A stretch of 64,000 nt of DNA. It comes from an uncultured Alphaproteobacteria bacterium. Lineage in GTDB: Bacteria > Pseudomonadota > Alphaproteobacteria > RF32 > CAG-239. The DNA is taken from the NCBI GenBank assembly GCA_944390455.1, contig CALXPU010000005.1, positions 9,252 to 73,251 of the forward strand, in the 5' to 3' direction. The notes under the pieces are model-generated. The model searched no databases. It worked only from the letters and a program-made list of their open reading frames with translations, and was not told where the DNA came from. Position 1 is the stretch's first letter. Every line of letters begins with the position of its first letter. The position numbers and the translations under genes are program-made. Positions 1-9,397 of the stretch are shown in pieces.

Positions 1-1
1 G

Positions 2-1003
2 AACTATACTTTTGAAAACTTTGTTGTTGGAAAAACAAATGAATTTGCATATGCTGCCGCTCGTAAAGTAGCAGAATCTAAAAATGTATCTTTCAATCCT
101 TTGTTTTTATACTCTAGTGTTGGGCTCGGAAAGACTCACTTGATGCACTCCATTATTTGGCACATTAAGAAGAATGACCCTACTCGCAATGTCATCTATT
201 TAACAGCAGAACAATTTGTTTATAAGTTCGTTAAAGCTTTGCGTTACAAAGATACAGCAGCTTTCAAAGAACAATTCCGTTCTGTAGATGTCTTGATGGT
301 TGATGACTTCCAATTTATGGGAAATAAAGGCACTACTCAAGAAGAATTCTTCCACACATTCAGCTCATTAGTTGAAGAAGGAAAACAGGTTATTATTTCT
401 GCCGATAAATCTCCGACAGATTTGGATGGCATTGAAGAACGTTTGAAATCTCGTTTAGTTGGTGGTTTAGTTGTAGACATTATGCCAACAAACTTTGATT
501 TGAGAATGGGGATTCTCCAAAAGAAAGCAGAACTTATGGGTATCGAGCTTCCGCAAAAAGTTGCTGAATTTCTGGCTCAAAAAATTACTTCTAACGTTCG
601 CGAACTTGAAGGTTCTTTGAAAAGAGTTGCTGCACACTCTCAACTTTTGTCTGGTAAAGAAATCACTTTAGATATGACACAAGATGTTCTCAAAGATATG
701 TTGCGTTCTATTGATAGAAAGACAACTATCGACGAGATCCAAAAGAAAGTTGCTGAACACTTTAATATTTCTGTTAAAGAGCTTCAATCTTCTCGCAGAG
801 CAAGAACTGTGGCAAGACCGAGACAAATTGCGATGTACTTAGCAAAGCAATTAACTTCTCGTTCTTTACCTGAAATCGGACGTAAGTTTGATAGAGACCA
901 CACAACGGTTATGCATGCGGTTAGAAAGGTTGAAGAGTTGATTATTGAAGATCAATCTTTAGCTGAAAATATTGAAATTTTGAGAAGAACTCTCGAAAAC
1001 TAA
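2..1003 (+). CDS. dnaA: Chromosomal replication initiator DnaA, 5'-truncated by the window edge (the reading frame is open from position 2)
   Basis: AAA+ Walker A motif GLGKTHLMH, the sequence [11 protein letters not shown], and a C-terminal helix-turn-helix DNA-binding region ([33 protein letters not shown]). The frame continues upstream of the ORF-track Met at 101. Confidence 0.9.
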   Translation, partial: NYTFENFVVGKTNEFAYAAARKVAESKNVSFNPLFLYSSVGLGKTHLMHSIIWHIKKNDPTRNVIYLTAEQFVYKFVKALRYKDTAAFKEQFRSVDVLMVDDFQFMGNKGTTQEEFFHTFSSLVEEGKQVIISADKSPTDLDGIEERLKSRLVGGLVVDIMPTNFDLRMGILQKKAELMGIELPQKVAEFLAQKITSNVRELEGSLKRVAAHSQLLSGKEITLDMTQDVLKDMLRSIDRKTTIDEIQKKVAEHFNISVKELQSSRRARTVARPRQIAMYLAKQLTSRSLPEIGRKFDRDHTTVMHAVRKVEELIIEDQSLAENIEILRRTLEN

Positions 1004-1110
1004 AGTTCAATAAAAAAACTTGTTGAAGACTTATTTTTTGACTTCTGATTTTACTGATTTGTGCTACAGTATGGAAAGATAAAAATAAGTCTTTTTTTAG
1101 GATAAAGATA

Positions 1111-2229
1111 ATGAAATTTACAATTGAACGCGCACATCTATTAAAGACTCTCAGCCATGTTCAGAGCATTGTTGAGAAAAGAAACACCATTCCGGTTTTA
1201 TCTAATGTTAGAATCGAGGCAAAAGACTCTTGCATCAATTTTAAAGCAACGGATATGGATATTGAAATTACTGAAATTGTTGAAGCTCAGGTTATTGAAC
1301 CAGGTGCAACAACAGCTCCAGCTCATATGCTTTATGATATTGTAAGAAAACTTTCCGACGGTTCTGATGTTGAAATTGCTTATCCAGATGAAAAAAATGC
1401 TTTAAGCATTTCTTCAGGGCGTTCTAAGTTTTCTTTATCTACTATCGGTGTTGAAGATTTCCCGATTATTTCAGGAGATGACTTACCGGTTAATTTTGAG
1501 ATTAGTCGCGACGAGCTCAAGACTCTTATTGATCGTACGCAGTTTTCAGCCTCTGTTGAAGAAGCTCGTTATTACTTAAATGGTCTATACGTTCATGCTA
1601 AAAATGAAGGAGACACAAAGGTTTTAAGAGTAGTTGCAACAGATGGTCATAGATTGGCTTGCGCCGAATCCCCTCTTCCTGAAGGAGCTGAGAAATTAGA
1701 AGGTGTTATCATTCCAAGAAAATCTGTTCTTGAGATTAGAAAGTTACTTGATGATGCTTCTACCGAAACAGTTTCTATGGCTTTATCTGAAAATAAAGTT
1801 CGTATCTCTTTTGAAGACATTACTTTAACTTCTAAACTAATAGATGGAACTTTCCCTGATTATGAGAGAGTTATTCCAACAGATAATGATAAAATTTTGG
1901 AAGTAAATGTTAAAGAATTAGCTTCAGCTGTAGACCGCGTTTCTGTTGTTACAGAGAGAAGTCGCGGCATTCGTATGATTACCGACACAAATCGTGTTAC
2001 GATTGCAGCTTCTAATGCTGAACTGGGTAACGCTACTGAAGAATTGGAAGCTAAATATGATAAAGATCCGATTGATACCGGTTATAATTTCCGTTATTTA
2101 TTGGATATTTTAGCTCAAATTAAAGGTGAAGAAGTTCGTTTCAGTTTATCCGGCAGTGCCGCTGCAACTGTTATCAATGATACTTCTGATAATAGCGCCA
2201 TCTATGTTTTAATGCCAATGAGAATTTAA
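1111..2229 (+). CDS. dnaN: DNA polymerase III beta sliding clamp
   Basis: 372 aa. The N-terminus MKFTIERAHLLKTLSHVQSIVEKRNTIPVLSNV is typical of alphaproteobacterial DnaN. A ribosome-binding site AGGATAAAG lies upstream. Confidence 0.93.
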   Translation: MKFTIERAHLLKTLSHVQSIVEKRNTIPVLSNVRIEAKDSCINFKATDMDIEITEIVEAQVIEPGATTAPAHMLYDIVRKLSDGSDVEIAYPDEKNALSISSGRSKFSLSTIGVEDFPIISGDDLPVNFEISRDELKTLIDRTQFSASVEEARYYLNGLYVHAKNEGDTKVLRVVATDGHRLACAESPLPEGAEKLEGVIIPRKSVLEIRKLLDDASTETVSMALSENKVRISFEDITLTSKLIDGTFPDYERVIPTDNDKILEVNVKELASAVDRVSVVTERSRGIRMITDTNRVTIAASNAELGNATEELEAKYDKDPIDTGYNFRYLLDILAQIKGEEVRFSLSGSAAATVINDTSDNSAIYVLMPMRI

Positions 2230-3468
2230 GTGAGCGCTGTAGTTTCCTACAATTCTATGATAGATGATTCTAAGGTTAGGTCTGCCGTAAGGCGCCTGAC
2301 CTTAGTTAATTTTCGGAACTATAAATACCTTCGTCTGAATCTTAATATGCCATTTGTTATCCTTGGTGGAGAGAATGGTAGCGGCAAAACAAATGTGTTA
2401 GAAGCTGTTTCTTTTCTTTCTCAAGGACGTGGCTTGCGTAACGCAAAGCTTTCCGAGGTCAAAACCTTTGATTTCTTAGCAAATCAGCAATCTTCTCCTG
2501 TTTTTATTAATAATAGTGGATGGGCTGTATCTGCTCAAGTTGAAAAATTTGGCGAAGAATTTAATATAGGGACTGCTGTTGAAAGCGTTGTTAAAGAATT
2601 TGAATATAACGAAACGAAAGAAGTAGAAAGAAGAATCGTTCAAGTAAATAATCAAAAGCTTTCTTCTCAAAACGAACTAGGCAATTACCTTTCCGTCATT
2701 TGGGTTACTCCGCAAATGGACCGATTATTTCAAGGTGGTTCACAATTACGTCGCAGTTTTCTTGATAGAATCGTTTATGCTTTTGATGTTGAACATGCCA
2801 GAAGAATCTCCACATATGATAATCTTTACAGACAGTGGCTTCAAATTCTTAAAAGTGGTAATATTAACACATCTTGGCTCAATGCCTTAGAAGAACAAAT
2901 GTCTGGTATTGGTGTTGCAATTGCTGCGGCCAGAAGAGAACAAGTTCAAAAGCTAAATATTTTCATTGAACAGAATCCTGACGATATATTCCCCGATGCA
3001 TTTCTCTCTTTAGACGGTACAATTGAAAAGATGCTTGATGATAAACCAGCTATTTACGTAGAAGACTTTTATAGAGAATCTTTGTTTAATCAACGGCGCA
3101 GCATTCTTTTTAATGATGCAAGCAGTAACTTAAACAAAACAGATTTATGTGTTCTTTACAAAAAGAAAAACGTTCCGGCAGCTCTATGTTCTACCGGAGA
3201 GCAGAAGTCTTTGCTTTTGAGCATCATTCTTGCTCATGCAAAATCTTTATTACACTCTCGAGGTGTTCCGCCTATTTTGTTATTAGATGAAGTTGCCGCG
3301 CACTTGGATGATACAAAGAAAGAGGCTTTTTTAGCCAAGATTAACAGTTTACAGCTTCAGGCGTGGCTTACGACGACTGATTTATCTGAATTTGCGAATC
3401 TGAAAGATGTTGCGCAATTTTTTGAAGTAAAAAACAACACCGTTAGAGAAGTTTCCTTATCCTTTTAA
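2230..3468 (+). CDS. recF: DNA replication and repair protein RecF. The ORF track starts at GTG 2230; ATG 2257 (MIDDSK...) is the more likely start.
   Basis: Walker A GENGSGKTNVLEA, the sequence LVNFRNY, and the SMC-like signature CSTGEQKSLLLSIILA with LLLDEVAAHLD. Confidence 0.88.
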   Translation: MSAVVSYNSMIDDSKVRSAVRRLTLVNFRNYKYLRLNLNMPFVILGGENGSGKTNVLEAVSFLSQGRGLRNAKLSEVKTFDFLANQQSSPVFINNSGWAVSAQVEKFGEEFNIGTAVESVVKEFEYNETKEVERRIVQVNNQKLSSQNELGNYLSVIWVTPQMDRLFQGGSQLRRSFLDRIVYAFDVEHARRISTYDNLYRQWLQILKSGNINTSWLNALEEQMSGIGVAIAAARREQVQKLNIFIEQNPDDIFPDAFLSLDGTIEKMLDDKPAIYVEDFYRESLFNQRRSILFNDASSNLNKTDLCVLYKKKNVPAALCSTGEQKSLLLSIILAHAKSLLHSRGVPPILLLDEVAAHLDDTKKEAFLAKINSLQLQAWLTTTDLSEFANLKDVAQFFEVKNNTVREVSLSF

Positions 3469-3494
3469 TGATATTTAAGAACTGTCTATATTTT

Positions 3495-4469
3495 TTAAAA
3501 CTGTTCAAATTCGTGTTTTAAATCGCGGTCAAACATAGAGCGAATCGTTTGTTTTATATCAGCCTTTTCATATATTACACGGTATAGTGCTTGGCATATT
3601 GGCATATTAATATTTTCTCTGTCTGCTATATTCTTAACAGCTTTCAACGTGTAATATCCTTCGGCCAATTTAGAAAAGTGCTCACCTTTAGCAAACATTT
3701 CGCCAAACGTTCGGTTATGACTATGTTTAGAAAACAATGTTGCTTCATAATCCCCTAAATGAGATAAACCGTAGGCTGTCATCGGATTTCCTCCGTAATA
3801 TTTAATAAAACGCCCAATCTCTATGGGAGCTCTTGCCATCAAAGCACCTTTTAATCCATACCACTCTAAACCATCTAAAATGCCAGCAGCTATTCCGATA
3901 ACATTTTTCAAAGCTGCACCCACCTGATTACCAATAAAATCTTCTCCATAGTAAAAGCGTATTAAATCGCTCTGAAGCATTTTTATGGCTTTATCTTTCA
4001 CAGCGTCTTCATTACTGTCAATTACTGCGCAGGATGGAACTCCTTTTACATAATCCTGTACATGCCCTGGTCCGCCAAGAGTTGCAATATGGATGGGTTG
4101 CTTTATCTCTTCTATCATTACAGAGCTCAATAGAGTTGCTTGAGGTTCTTCCAAACCTTTCATTGCCAATAAAAAAGTTTTTCCAGCTATATTATAACCA
4201 TTTAATTCCTTAGCTAAATCTCTTAGATTTTGACTGCCGATTGAAATAATTATAAAATCATTATCAAGAACATCTGAAATTTTTTCATACAAATACATAT
4301 TATCACTCAGTGTTAAATATGCATTTTGCCGTGTTTCTTGCATTTTTTTATATTCAGGAGAATTTGGGTGACTGTAAATTTTGACTCTATCCATTTTGCA
4401 ATGAGTTGCTGCGTACCAAGCTAAAAAGGTTCCCCATCTACCACCACCAATAACAGAAATTTCCGACAT
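3495..4469 (-). CDS. gpsA: NAD(P)H-dependent glycerol-3-phosphate dehydrogenase
   Basis: N-terminal Rossmann motif VIGGGRWGTFLA and overall GpsA-like length and sequence (324 aa). Confidence 0.85.
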   Translation of the reverse strand: MSEISVIGGGRWGTFLAWYAATHCKMDRVKIYSHPNSPEYKKMQETRQNAYLTLSDNMYLYEKISDVLDNDFIIISIGSQNLRDLAKELNGYNIAGKTFLLAMKGLEEPQATLLSSVMIEEIKQPIHIATLGGPGHVQDYVKGVPSCAVIDSNEDAVKDKAIKMLQSDLIRFYYGEDFIGNQVGAALKNVIGIAAGILDGLEWYGLKGALMARAPIEIGRFIKYYGGNPMTAYGLSHLGDYEATLFSKHSHNRTFGEMFAKGEHFSKLAEGYYTLKAVKNIADRENINMPICQALYRVIYEKADIKQTIRSMFDRDLKHEFEQF

Positions 4470-4569
4470 AGCTAAGCCTCCTCTGTTTTATATACAGATA
4501 ATCTATGCCATAATATATACTTTAGCAATCAACTTTCTAAAGAATCAACAGGGAGACCAAATTTCAAAT

Positions 4570-4947
4570 TTAAGATTTTTTCTTAATTCTTTGGCGACCA
4601 ATAATCGCATTAATATAATCAAATTTAGCAAATGATTTGTACGCATAATCTAAGCTTTTGTTATCATAACCATAAAATACTTTATTCGCTAAGCCCTTAA
4701 TGGCGTCATCAATCTTTTTGAAAGCTTCGTTATAATCTTTGCTAAAATTATTTTTTGTTTTCTTTTGAACTAAATCATGGTAGGCGGCGATAACCTTTGC
4801 CGTTTCATCTGCCGAATTAGCATACCCTTTTTTCTCAAATTCATGCATAATTTGAGCTGTAGTCTGGTAAAAACACTTGTTTGTCAAAATACTTTTTTGT
4901 GTTTCATTTTTGCTATCAATTATCATGGCGAAAACGTAAACCTCCAT
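4570..4947 (-). CDS. Hypothetical protein with no recognisable motif
   Basis: A 125-aa ORF in a gap between gpsA and rpmH. It is K-rich and soluble. The true start may be an internal Met (MIIDSK). Confidence 0.4.
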   Translation of the reverse strand: MEVYVFAMIIDSKNETQKSILTNKCFYQTTAQIMHEFEKKGYANSADETAKVIAAYHDLVQKKTKNNFSKDYNEAFKKIDDAIKGLANKVFYGYDNKSLDYAYKSFAKFDYINAIIGRQRIKKKS

Positions 4948-5143
4948 AGTATATAAATTTTATACCACATAGATTTTATTTTTCAAGTGATTTTATATCT
5001 ATCACCTTGCTTCTTTAGTGTACCATCTATTTGTTTAAAAAATTATTGACTTCTTTTTCTTTTATATTATAAACGCTGTTGTAAAACCGAGAAGTAACAT
5101 TTGTTTACTTTTAAATAATTAATAATTAACCGGAGATTTTAAT

Positions 5144-5278
5144 ATGAAACGTACATATCAACCAAGTAAATTGGTAAGAGCTCGTCGCCATGGTTTTCGT
5201 ACTCGTATGGCTACAGCTGGTGGTCGGAAAGTTTTAGCTGCTCGTCGTGCTAGAGGTCGTAAAAAACTTTCAGCTTAG
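5144..5278 (+). CDS. rpmH: 50S ribosomal protein L34
   Basis: Translation read by hand: [44 protein letters not shown] (44 aa), preceded by a GGAG ribosome-binding site. It is absent from the ORF track because of its small size. Confidence 0.95.
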   Translation: MKRTYQPSKLVRARRHGFRTRMATAGGRKVLAARRARGRKKLSA

Positions 5279-5289
5279 TCTTTTCGCAG

Positions 5290-5661
5290 ATGACTAAAAT
5301 AATTGTTTTCAAAAAAAGAAAAGATTTTTTAAGAGTCGCTCAGGCATTTTATGTTGCAACTCATAACATGGTGCTTCAGGCGGCTCTTAGTTTATCTGAA
5401 ACAGATAATTTATTTGTCGGGTATACTGCCACTAAAAAAATTGGTAATGCAGTTTGTAGAAATCGTAGCAAAAGACGATTAAGAGCTGTTGCGCATGAGG
5501 TTTTGCCTGTTTATGCCTTGCCTAATGTTGACTATATTTTTATTGCACGTAACTCCACGGCATCTTGCCCTTATTCCGAATTAAAAAAAGATACTATTTA
5601 TGCTATAAAGCGCATAAATAAAAACTTCATTCAAGATACTGTTGAAACAACAACTGATTGA
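5290..5661 (+). CDS. rnpA: RNase P protein component
   Basis: 123 aa and basic, with the RnpA RNR motif region ([10 protein letters not shown]). It lies immediately downstream of rpmH. Confidence 0.88.
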   Translation: MTKIIVFKKRKDFLRVAQAFYVATHNMVLQAALSLSETDNLFVGYTATKKIGNAVCRNRSKRRLRAVAHEVLPVYALPNVDYIFIARNSTASCPYSELKKDTIYAIKRINKNFIQDTVETTTD

Positions 5662-5677
5662 TTGGATTAGTATTAAT

Positions 5678-5950
5678 ATGTTCAATATCTTTTCTTTTTT
5701 TAGTATTTTTTTTCAAAAAATATCTCTTATCCTTCTAAAATTTTATAAAAATGCAATATCGCCATTTCTTCCGCATGCTTGCCGTTTTACACCAACATGT
5801 TCAGAATATATGATGCAAGCCATCCAAGTACACGGCGTAATAAAGGGAATCTATTTGGGAATTAAACGACTTTTGAGATGTAATCCTTGGGGTGGACATG
5901 GGTATGACCCAGTTCCGCCAAAACACCTAGAAAACAAAGATAAGGGTTAA
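5678..5950 (+). CDS. yidD: Membrane protein insertion efficiency factor YidD. The start is taken at the internal Met MFNIF; the ORF-track start at 5642 overlaps rnpA.
   Basis: YidD signature [45 protein letters not shown]. Confidence 0.85.
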   Translation: MFNIFSFFSIFFQKISLILLKFYKNAISPFLPHACRFTPTCSEYMMQAIQVHGVIKGIYLGIKRLLRCNPWGGHGYDPVPPKHLENKDKG

Positions 5951-6033
5951 CTCTTCACTTAGACTTTACAAAACGTCTTTTTTATATTAGAAAGACAGAA
6001 ATTATTTAATTAAACTCAGGAGAGACACTACAA

Positions 6034-7701
6034 ATGAAAGATGACTTAAGATCTCTGTCTTTGGCAATTTTACTATCCTTCATTGCTATATTTACTGTTA
6101 ATTACTTTTTTGGAATTAATAAAAGCAGTACTGTACAAAAGCAAGTTTCTGAAATAGAACAAGTTGCCAAGAAATTGGAGCAAGTTAACACTGAAAATAA
6201 AGTTATAAAAACAACTCAGGAAATTCTTGCTGAAGACAAACGAATTGACTTTAAAAACGATGCTGTTTCGGGCAGTATTCGTTTGAAAGGCGCTCGGTTT
6301 GATGATTTATATTTAACAAAATACAACGTTTCTCTTGAAGATAATAATTCTAAAATTGAACTTCTAAAACCTGCTAATACCGATAATCAATATTTTGCAG
6401 ATTTGGGATGGCTGTCTTTAGATAAGTCATTAAAATTGCCAACAGCTGATACAATTTGGAACACTAATGATTCTGAATTGACTCCAGGTAAAACAATCAC
6501 TTTAACGTGGAACAATGGTAATGGACTTGAATTTGTTCGAAAAATTTCTTTAGACCAGAACTATCTTTTTACTATTGATGATACAATTTTTAATAATTCT
6601 GATCAAGAAATTGACTTGTTTCCTTATGCTCTTATAAGCCGTAATATAAAAGATTTTGCGCAGACACGTTCTGTCGTTCATGAGGGAATGAATGGTGTTA
6701 TTGATAATACATTGCAAGAATTCAAGTACGCTGATTTAGATGCAAATGACAGTGAAAAATTTGAAACTAAAGGTGGTTGGGCCGGTTTTTCTGATCGTTA
6801 TTGGTTTTCTGCTCTTATTCTTGATGATAATGATAATGTCTCTGTCACCTTCAAAAATAATGGCGATTATAATTATCAAGTAGATTATCTTGGCTCAAGA
6901 TTGATAGTTCCTGCTCATAAATCTCAATCTTACTCTTATCGCTTTTTCTCTGGCGCTAAAGAGGTTAAATTACTTGATTCTTATACAAAAGATAACAATA
7001 TTCCAAAGTTTGATTTAGCTGTAGATTTTGGATGGTACTATTTCTTAACCAAGCCGTTTTTCTATATTCTTGATTTTCTTTATGGTTTTCTTGGTAATAT
7101 GGGATGGGCTATTTTGTTATTTGCCGCACTTTTACGCTTGTGCATGTTTCCGATTGCTAATAAATCGTACACGAGCATGGCAAAAATGAAAGCTTTACAG
7201 CCGAAAATTAATGATATTCGCGCAAAGTATGGTGACAATCAGATGCTTATTCAACAAGCTACTATGGAACTTTATAAACGTGAGAAAATTAATCCAGCAG
7301 CGGGATGTTTGCCTTTATTTATACAAATCCCTGTATTTTTCTCTCTTTACAAGGTATTGAATATCTCTATTGAAATTAGACATGCTCCTTTTATCGGATG
7401 GATTAAGGACTTGTCTGCTCCAGACCCATTAACTTTATCACAAATTCTCCATATCTATGTGCCTGGATTTATTGACATTGGTTTATGGCCGATTTTCATG
7501 GGCTTTACGATGTGGATGCAACAAAAACTAAATCCAGCTCCTGTAAATAAAGACCAAGCAAGAATGTTTGCTTTAATGCCTGTTTTCTTTACATTTATGC
7601 TTGGACATTTTGCTTCTGGTTTGGTTATTTACTGGACGCTCAGCAATATTCTTTCTATCATACAACAGAAAGTTATTATGCATAAAAATGGAGTTGACTA
7701 A
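6034..7701 (+). CDS. yidC: Membrane protein insertase YidC
   Basis: 555 aa with an N-terminal transmembrane segment, a large periplasmic domain and the C-terminal conserved 5-TM core (sequences NPAAGCLPLFIQIPVFFSLY and LVIYWTLSNILSIIQQ). Confidence 0.9.
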   Translation: MKDDLRSLSLAILLSFIAIFTVNYFFGINKSSTVQKQVSEIEQVAKKLEQVNTENKVIKTTQEILAEDKRIDFKNDAVSGSIRLKGARFDDLYLTKYNVSLEDNNSKIELLKPANTDNQYFADLGWLSLDKSLKLPTADTIWNTNDSELTPGKTITLTWNNGNGLEFVRKISLDQNYLFTIDDTIFNNSDQEIDLFPYALISRNIKDFAQTRSVVHEGMNGVIDNTLQEFKYADLDANDSEKFETKGGWAGFSDRYWFSALILDDNDNVSVTFKNNGDYNYQVDYLGSRLIVPAHKSQSYSYRFFSGAKEVKLLDSYTKDNNIPKFDLAVDFGWYYFLTKPFFYILDFLYGFLGNMGWAILLFAALLRLCMFPIANKSYTSMAKMKALQPKINDIRAKYGDNQMLIQQATMELYKREKINPAAGCLPLFIQIPVFFSLYKVLNISIEIRHAPFIGWIKDLSAPDPLTLSQILHIYVPGFIDIGLWPIFMGFTMWMQQKLNPAPVNKDQARMFALMPVFFTFMLGHFASGLVIYWTLSNILSIIQQKVIMHKNGVD

Positions 7702-8345
7702 TGAACGAAGTAAACGCTCAGCAAACAGAAAATTTTTCTCTCGGTCGCGATTTCTTTAATAAAAAATGTACTTTTATGTTAAGTGTTGCAAATCTTAAGC
7801 AACTTCCTAATGGTGATCGTTCGGAGGTTGCTTTTGCTGGGCGTTCTAATGTTGGTAAGTCTAGTTTAATTAACGCTCTATTTGGGCAAAAAAAACTAGC
7901 TAAAACATCTTCAACACCGGGAAGAACTCAACAACTCAATTATTTTAATCTTGATGATAAATTGTATTTAGTGGACTTACCCGGATATGGCTTTGCTAAG
8001 GCTCCTAAGGATATTGTTCGTAATTGGCAACAGCTGATAAATTCTTATCTAGTTGGTAGACCAAATCTCAGACGCGTTTTTCTTCTTATTGATTCAAGAC
8101 ATGGCATTAAGAAAATTGATTCAGAAATTATGGATATGCTAGATAAGGCTGCTGTTACTTATCAAATTGTTTTGACTAAAGTTGATAAAATTAGTGCTGC
8201 TGCGCTTGATAAAATCGTAAAGGAAACGCAGCAGCAACTTAAAGAGCATACAGCTGCTCACGTATCTGTTTTAAAAACAAGTTCTGAAAAAAATTTATTC
8301 TTAGATGAACTAAAAAATGAAATTGCTGAATTAGCAAATTTCTAG
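7701..8345 (+). CDS. engB: Ribosome biogenesis GTP-binding protein EngB/YihA
   Basis: G1 motif GRSNVGKSSLINAL, G3 motif DLPGYG, G4 motif TKVDK. The start overlaps the yidC stop (ATGA). Confidence 0.9.
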   Translation: MNEVNAQQTENFSLGRDFFNKKCTFMLSVANLKQLPNGDRSEVAFAGRSNVGKSSLINALFGQKKLAKTSSTPGRTQQLNYFNLDDKLYLVDLPGYGFAKAPKDIVRNWQQLINSYLVGRPNLRRVFLLIDSRHGIKKIDSEIMDMLDKAAVTYQIVLTKVDKISAAALDKIVKETQQQLKEHTAAHVSVLKTSSEKNLFLDELKNEIAELANF

Positions 8346-8348
8346 TTC

Positions 8349-9329
8349 TTAGGTTATTTCTGTTATACCACGAATGTTTCCGTCTCTAACGATTTGTACC
8401 ACATGAAGTTTGCGGCGCATTTCTTCTATTGTTTTTTCTACATCAATATTAGGTTGAGTTCTCATGATACGTTTTACAAAAGCTTCGTAAGCAGCCGTTG
8501 AACTTTCTGCGTGGATTGTTGCTAAGCAGTTGTCGTGTCCGGATCCCATCAACTCCCAGATTGCTCCGGCATTACTCGTTGAAATTTCTCCGCCGATAAT
8601 TGCATCTGGTGTGAAACGCACAATTAAGTCAATTACCTTTGAGTAGTCCATTGTATTGGTTTGCTCTGTACGTGACAGAACAATATGTACTCTATTGGGC
8701 TGTGGTACATTTAATTCTCGAGTATCCTCTACGGTAATAACTCGCTTATGTATATCTAACAGCTTTAACAGGTTATTCAATAGCGTTGTTTTACCGGTAC
8801 CGGTACCGCCGCTTACCAATATATGGTCACCACGTCGCAAAGCCAATAATAAACGTTCATAAGCATCGTCTGGGTCTTTAATGTTCTTTAAAGGGTTTAT
8901 TTCTTTTAATTTTTTTCCTTGCTCTAGTCCATAGTCTCCAAAACCAAATGCGACATCATCGGTATGTAGACGGATTGTTATTGCAATTCCACCAGTTGCT
9001 GCATCATCCAGATCATATTCAATATTTTTTCCAGCGACCCCAGTGAAACGGTGTCCTCCAGGAATTCTCGCATAGACCACAGGAGATCCATTTATCGGAT
9101 CAAATTCTTGGTCATTTAAATTTGCAATAATATGAAGCAAATTTGTCAGATATTCTCTGGTTAATTTAGGATCTTTGTAATTAACCCATGGAAAAGCTCT
9201 TTTTCCACGCAAGCGTAGCCATATATCTCCCGGATGATTTATGGCGACTTCTTCTATATTTTCTTGTTCATACCAGTATGATAAAGGTCTTAATACCGAG
9301 CATAGAACTTCATCCTCTAGTTTTCCCAT
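8349..9329 (-). CDS. virB11: T4SS ATPase VirB11
   Basis: 326 aa. Walker A LVSGGTGTGKTTLLNNLL, Walker B-like HKRVITVEDTREL, and a His box (GSGHDNCLATIHAESS). It is convergent with engB, with only 3 nt between the two stop codons. Confidence 0.85.
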   Translation of the reverse strand: MGKLEDEVLCSVLRPLSYWYEQENIEEVAINHPGDIWLRLRGKRAFPWVNYKDPKLTREYLTNLLHIIANLNDQEFDPINGSPVVYARIPGGHRFTGVAGKNIEYDLDDAATGGIAITIRLHTDDVAFGFGDYGLEQGKKLKEINPLKNIKDPDDAYERLLLALRRGDHILVSGGTGTGKTTLLNNLLKLLDIHKRVITVEDTRELNVPQPNRVHIVLSRTEQTNTMDYSKVIDLIVRFTPDAIIGGEISTSNAGAIWELMGSGHDNCLATIHAESSTAAYEAFVKRIMRTQPNIDVEKTIEEMRRKLHVVQIVRDGNIRGITEIT

Positions 9330-9397
9330 TTATACACTCCCTTTTTGCCTCATTTATTGTAGCAAATATTCTATACTTCGTCAACACGATACATGCA

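Noticed and set aside
4948-5143. Possible oriC or DnaA-box cluster in the AT-rich gap upstream of rpmH
   Set aside because: Only imperfect matches were found (e.g. ttataccacat). There is no array of TTATCCACA-like 9-mers. In Alphaproteobacteria oriC is usually not at rpmH/dnaA. A weak TTGACT…TATATT promoter-like element is present, but it is not convincing enough to list.
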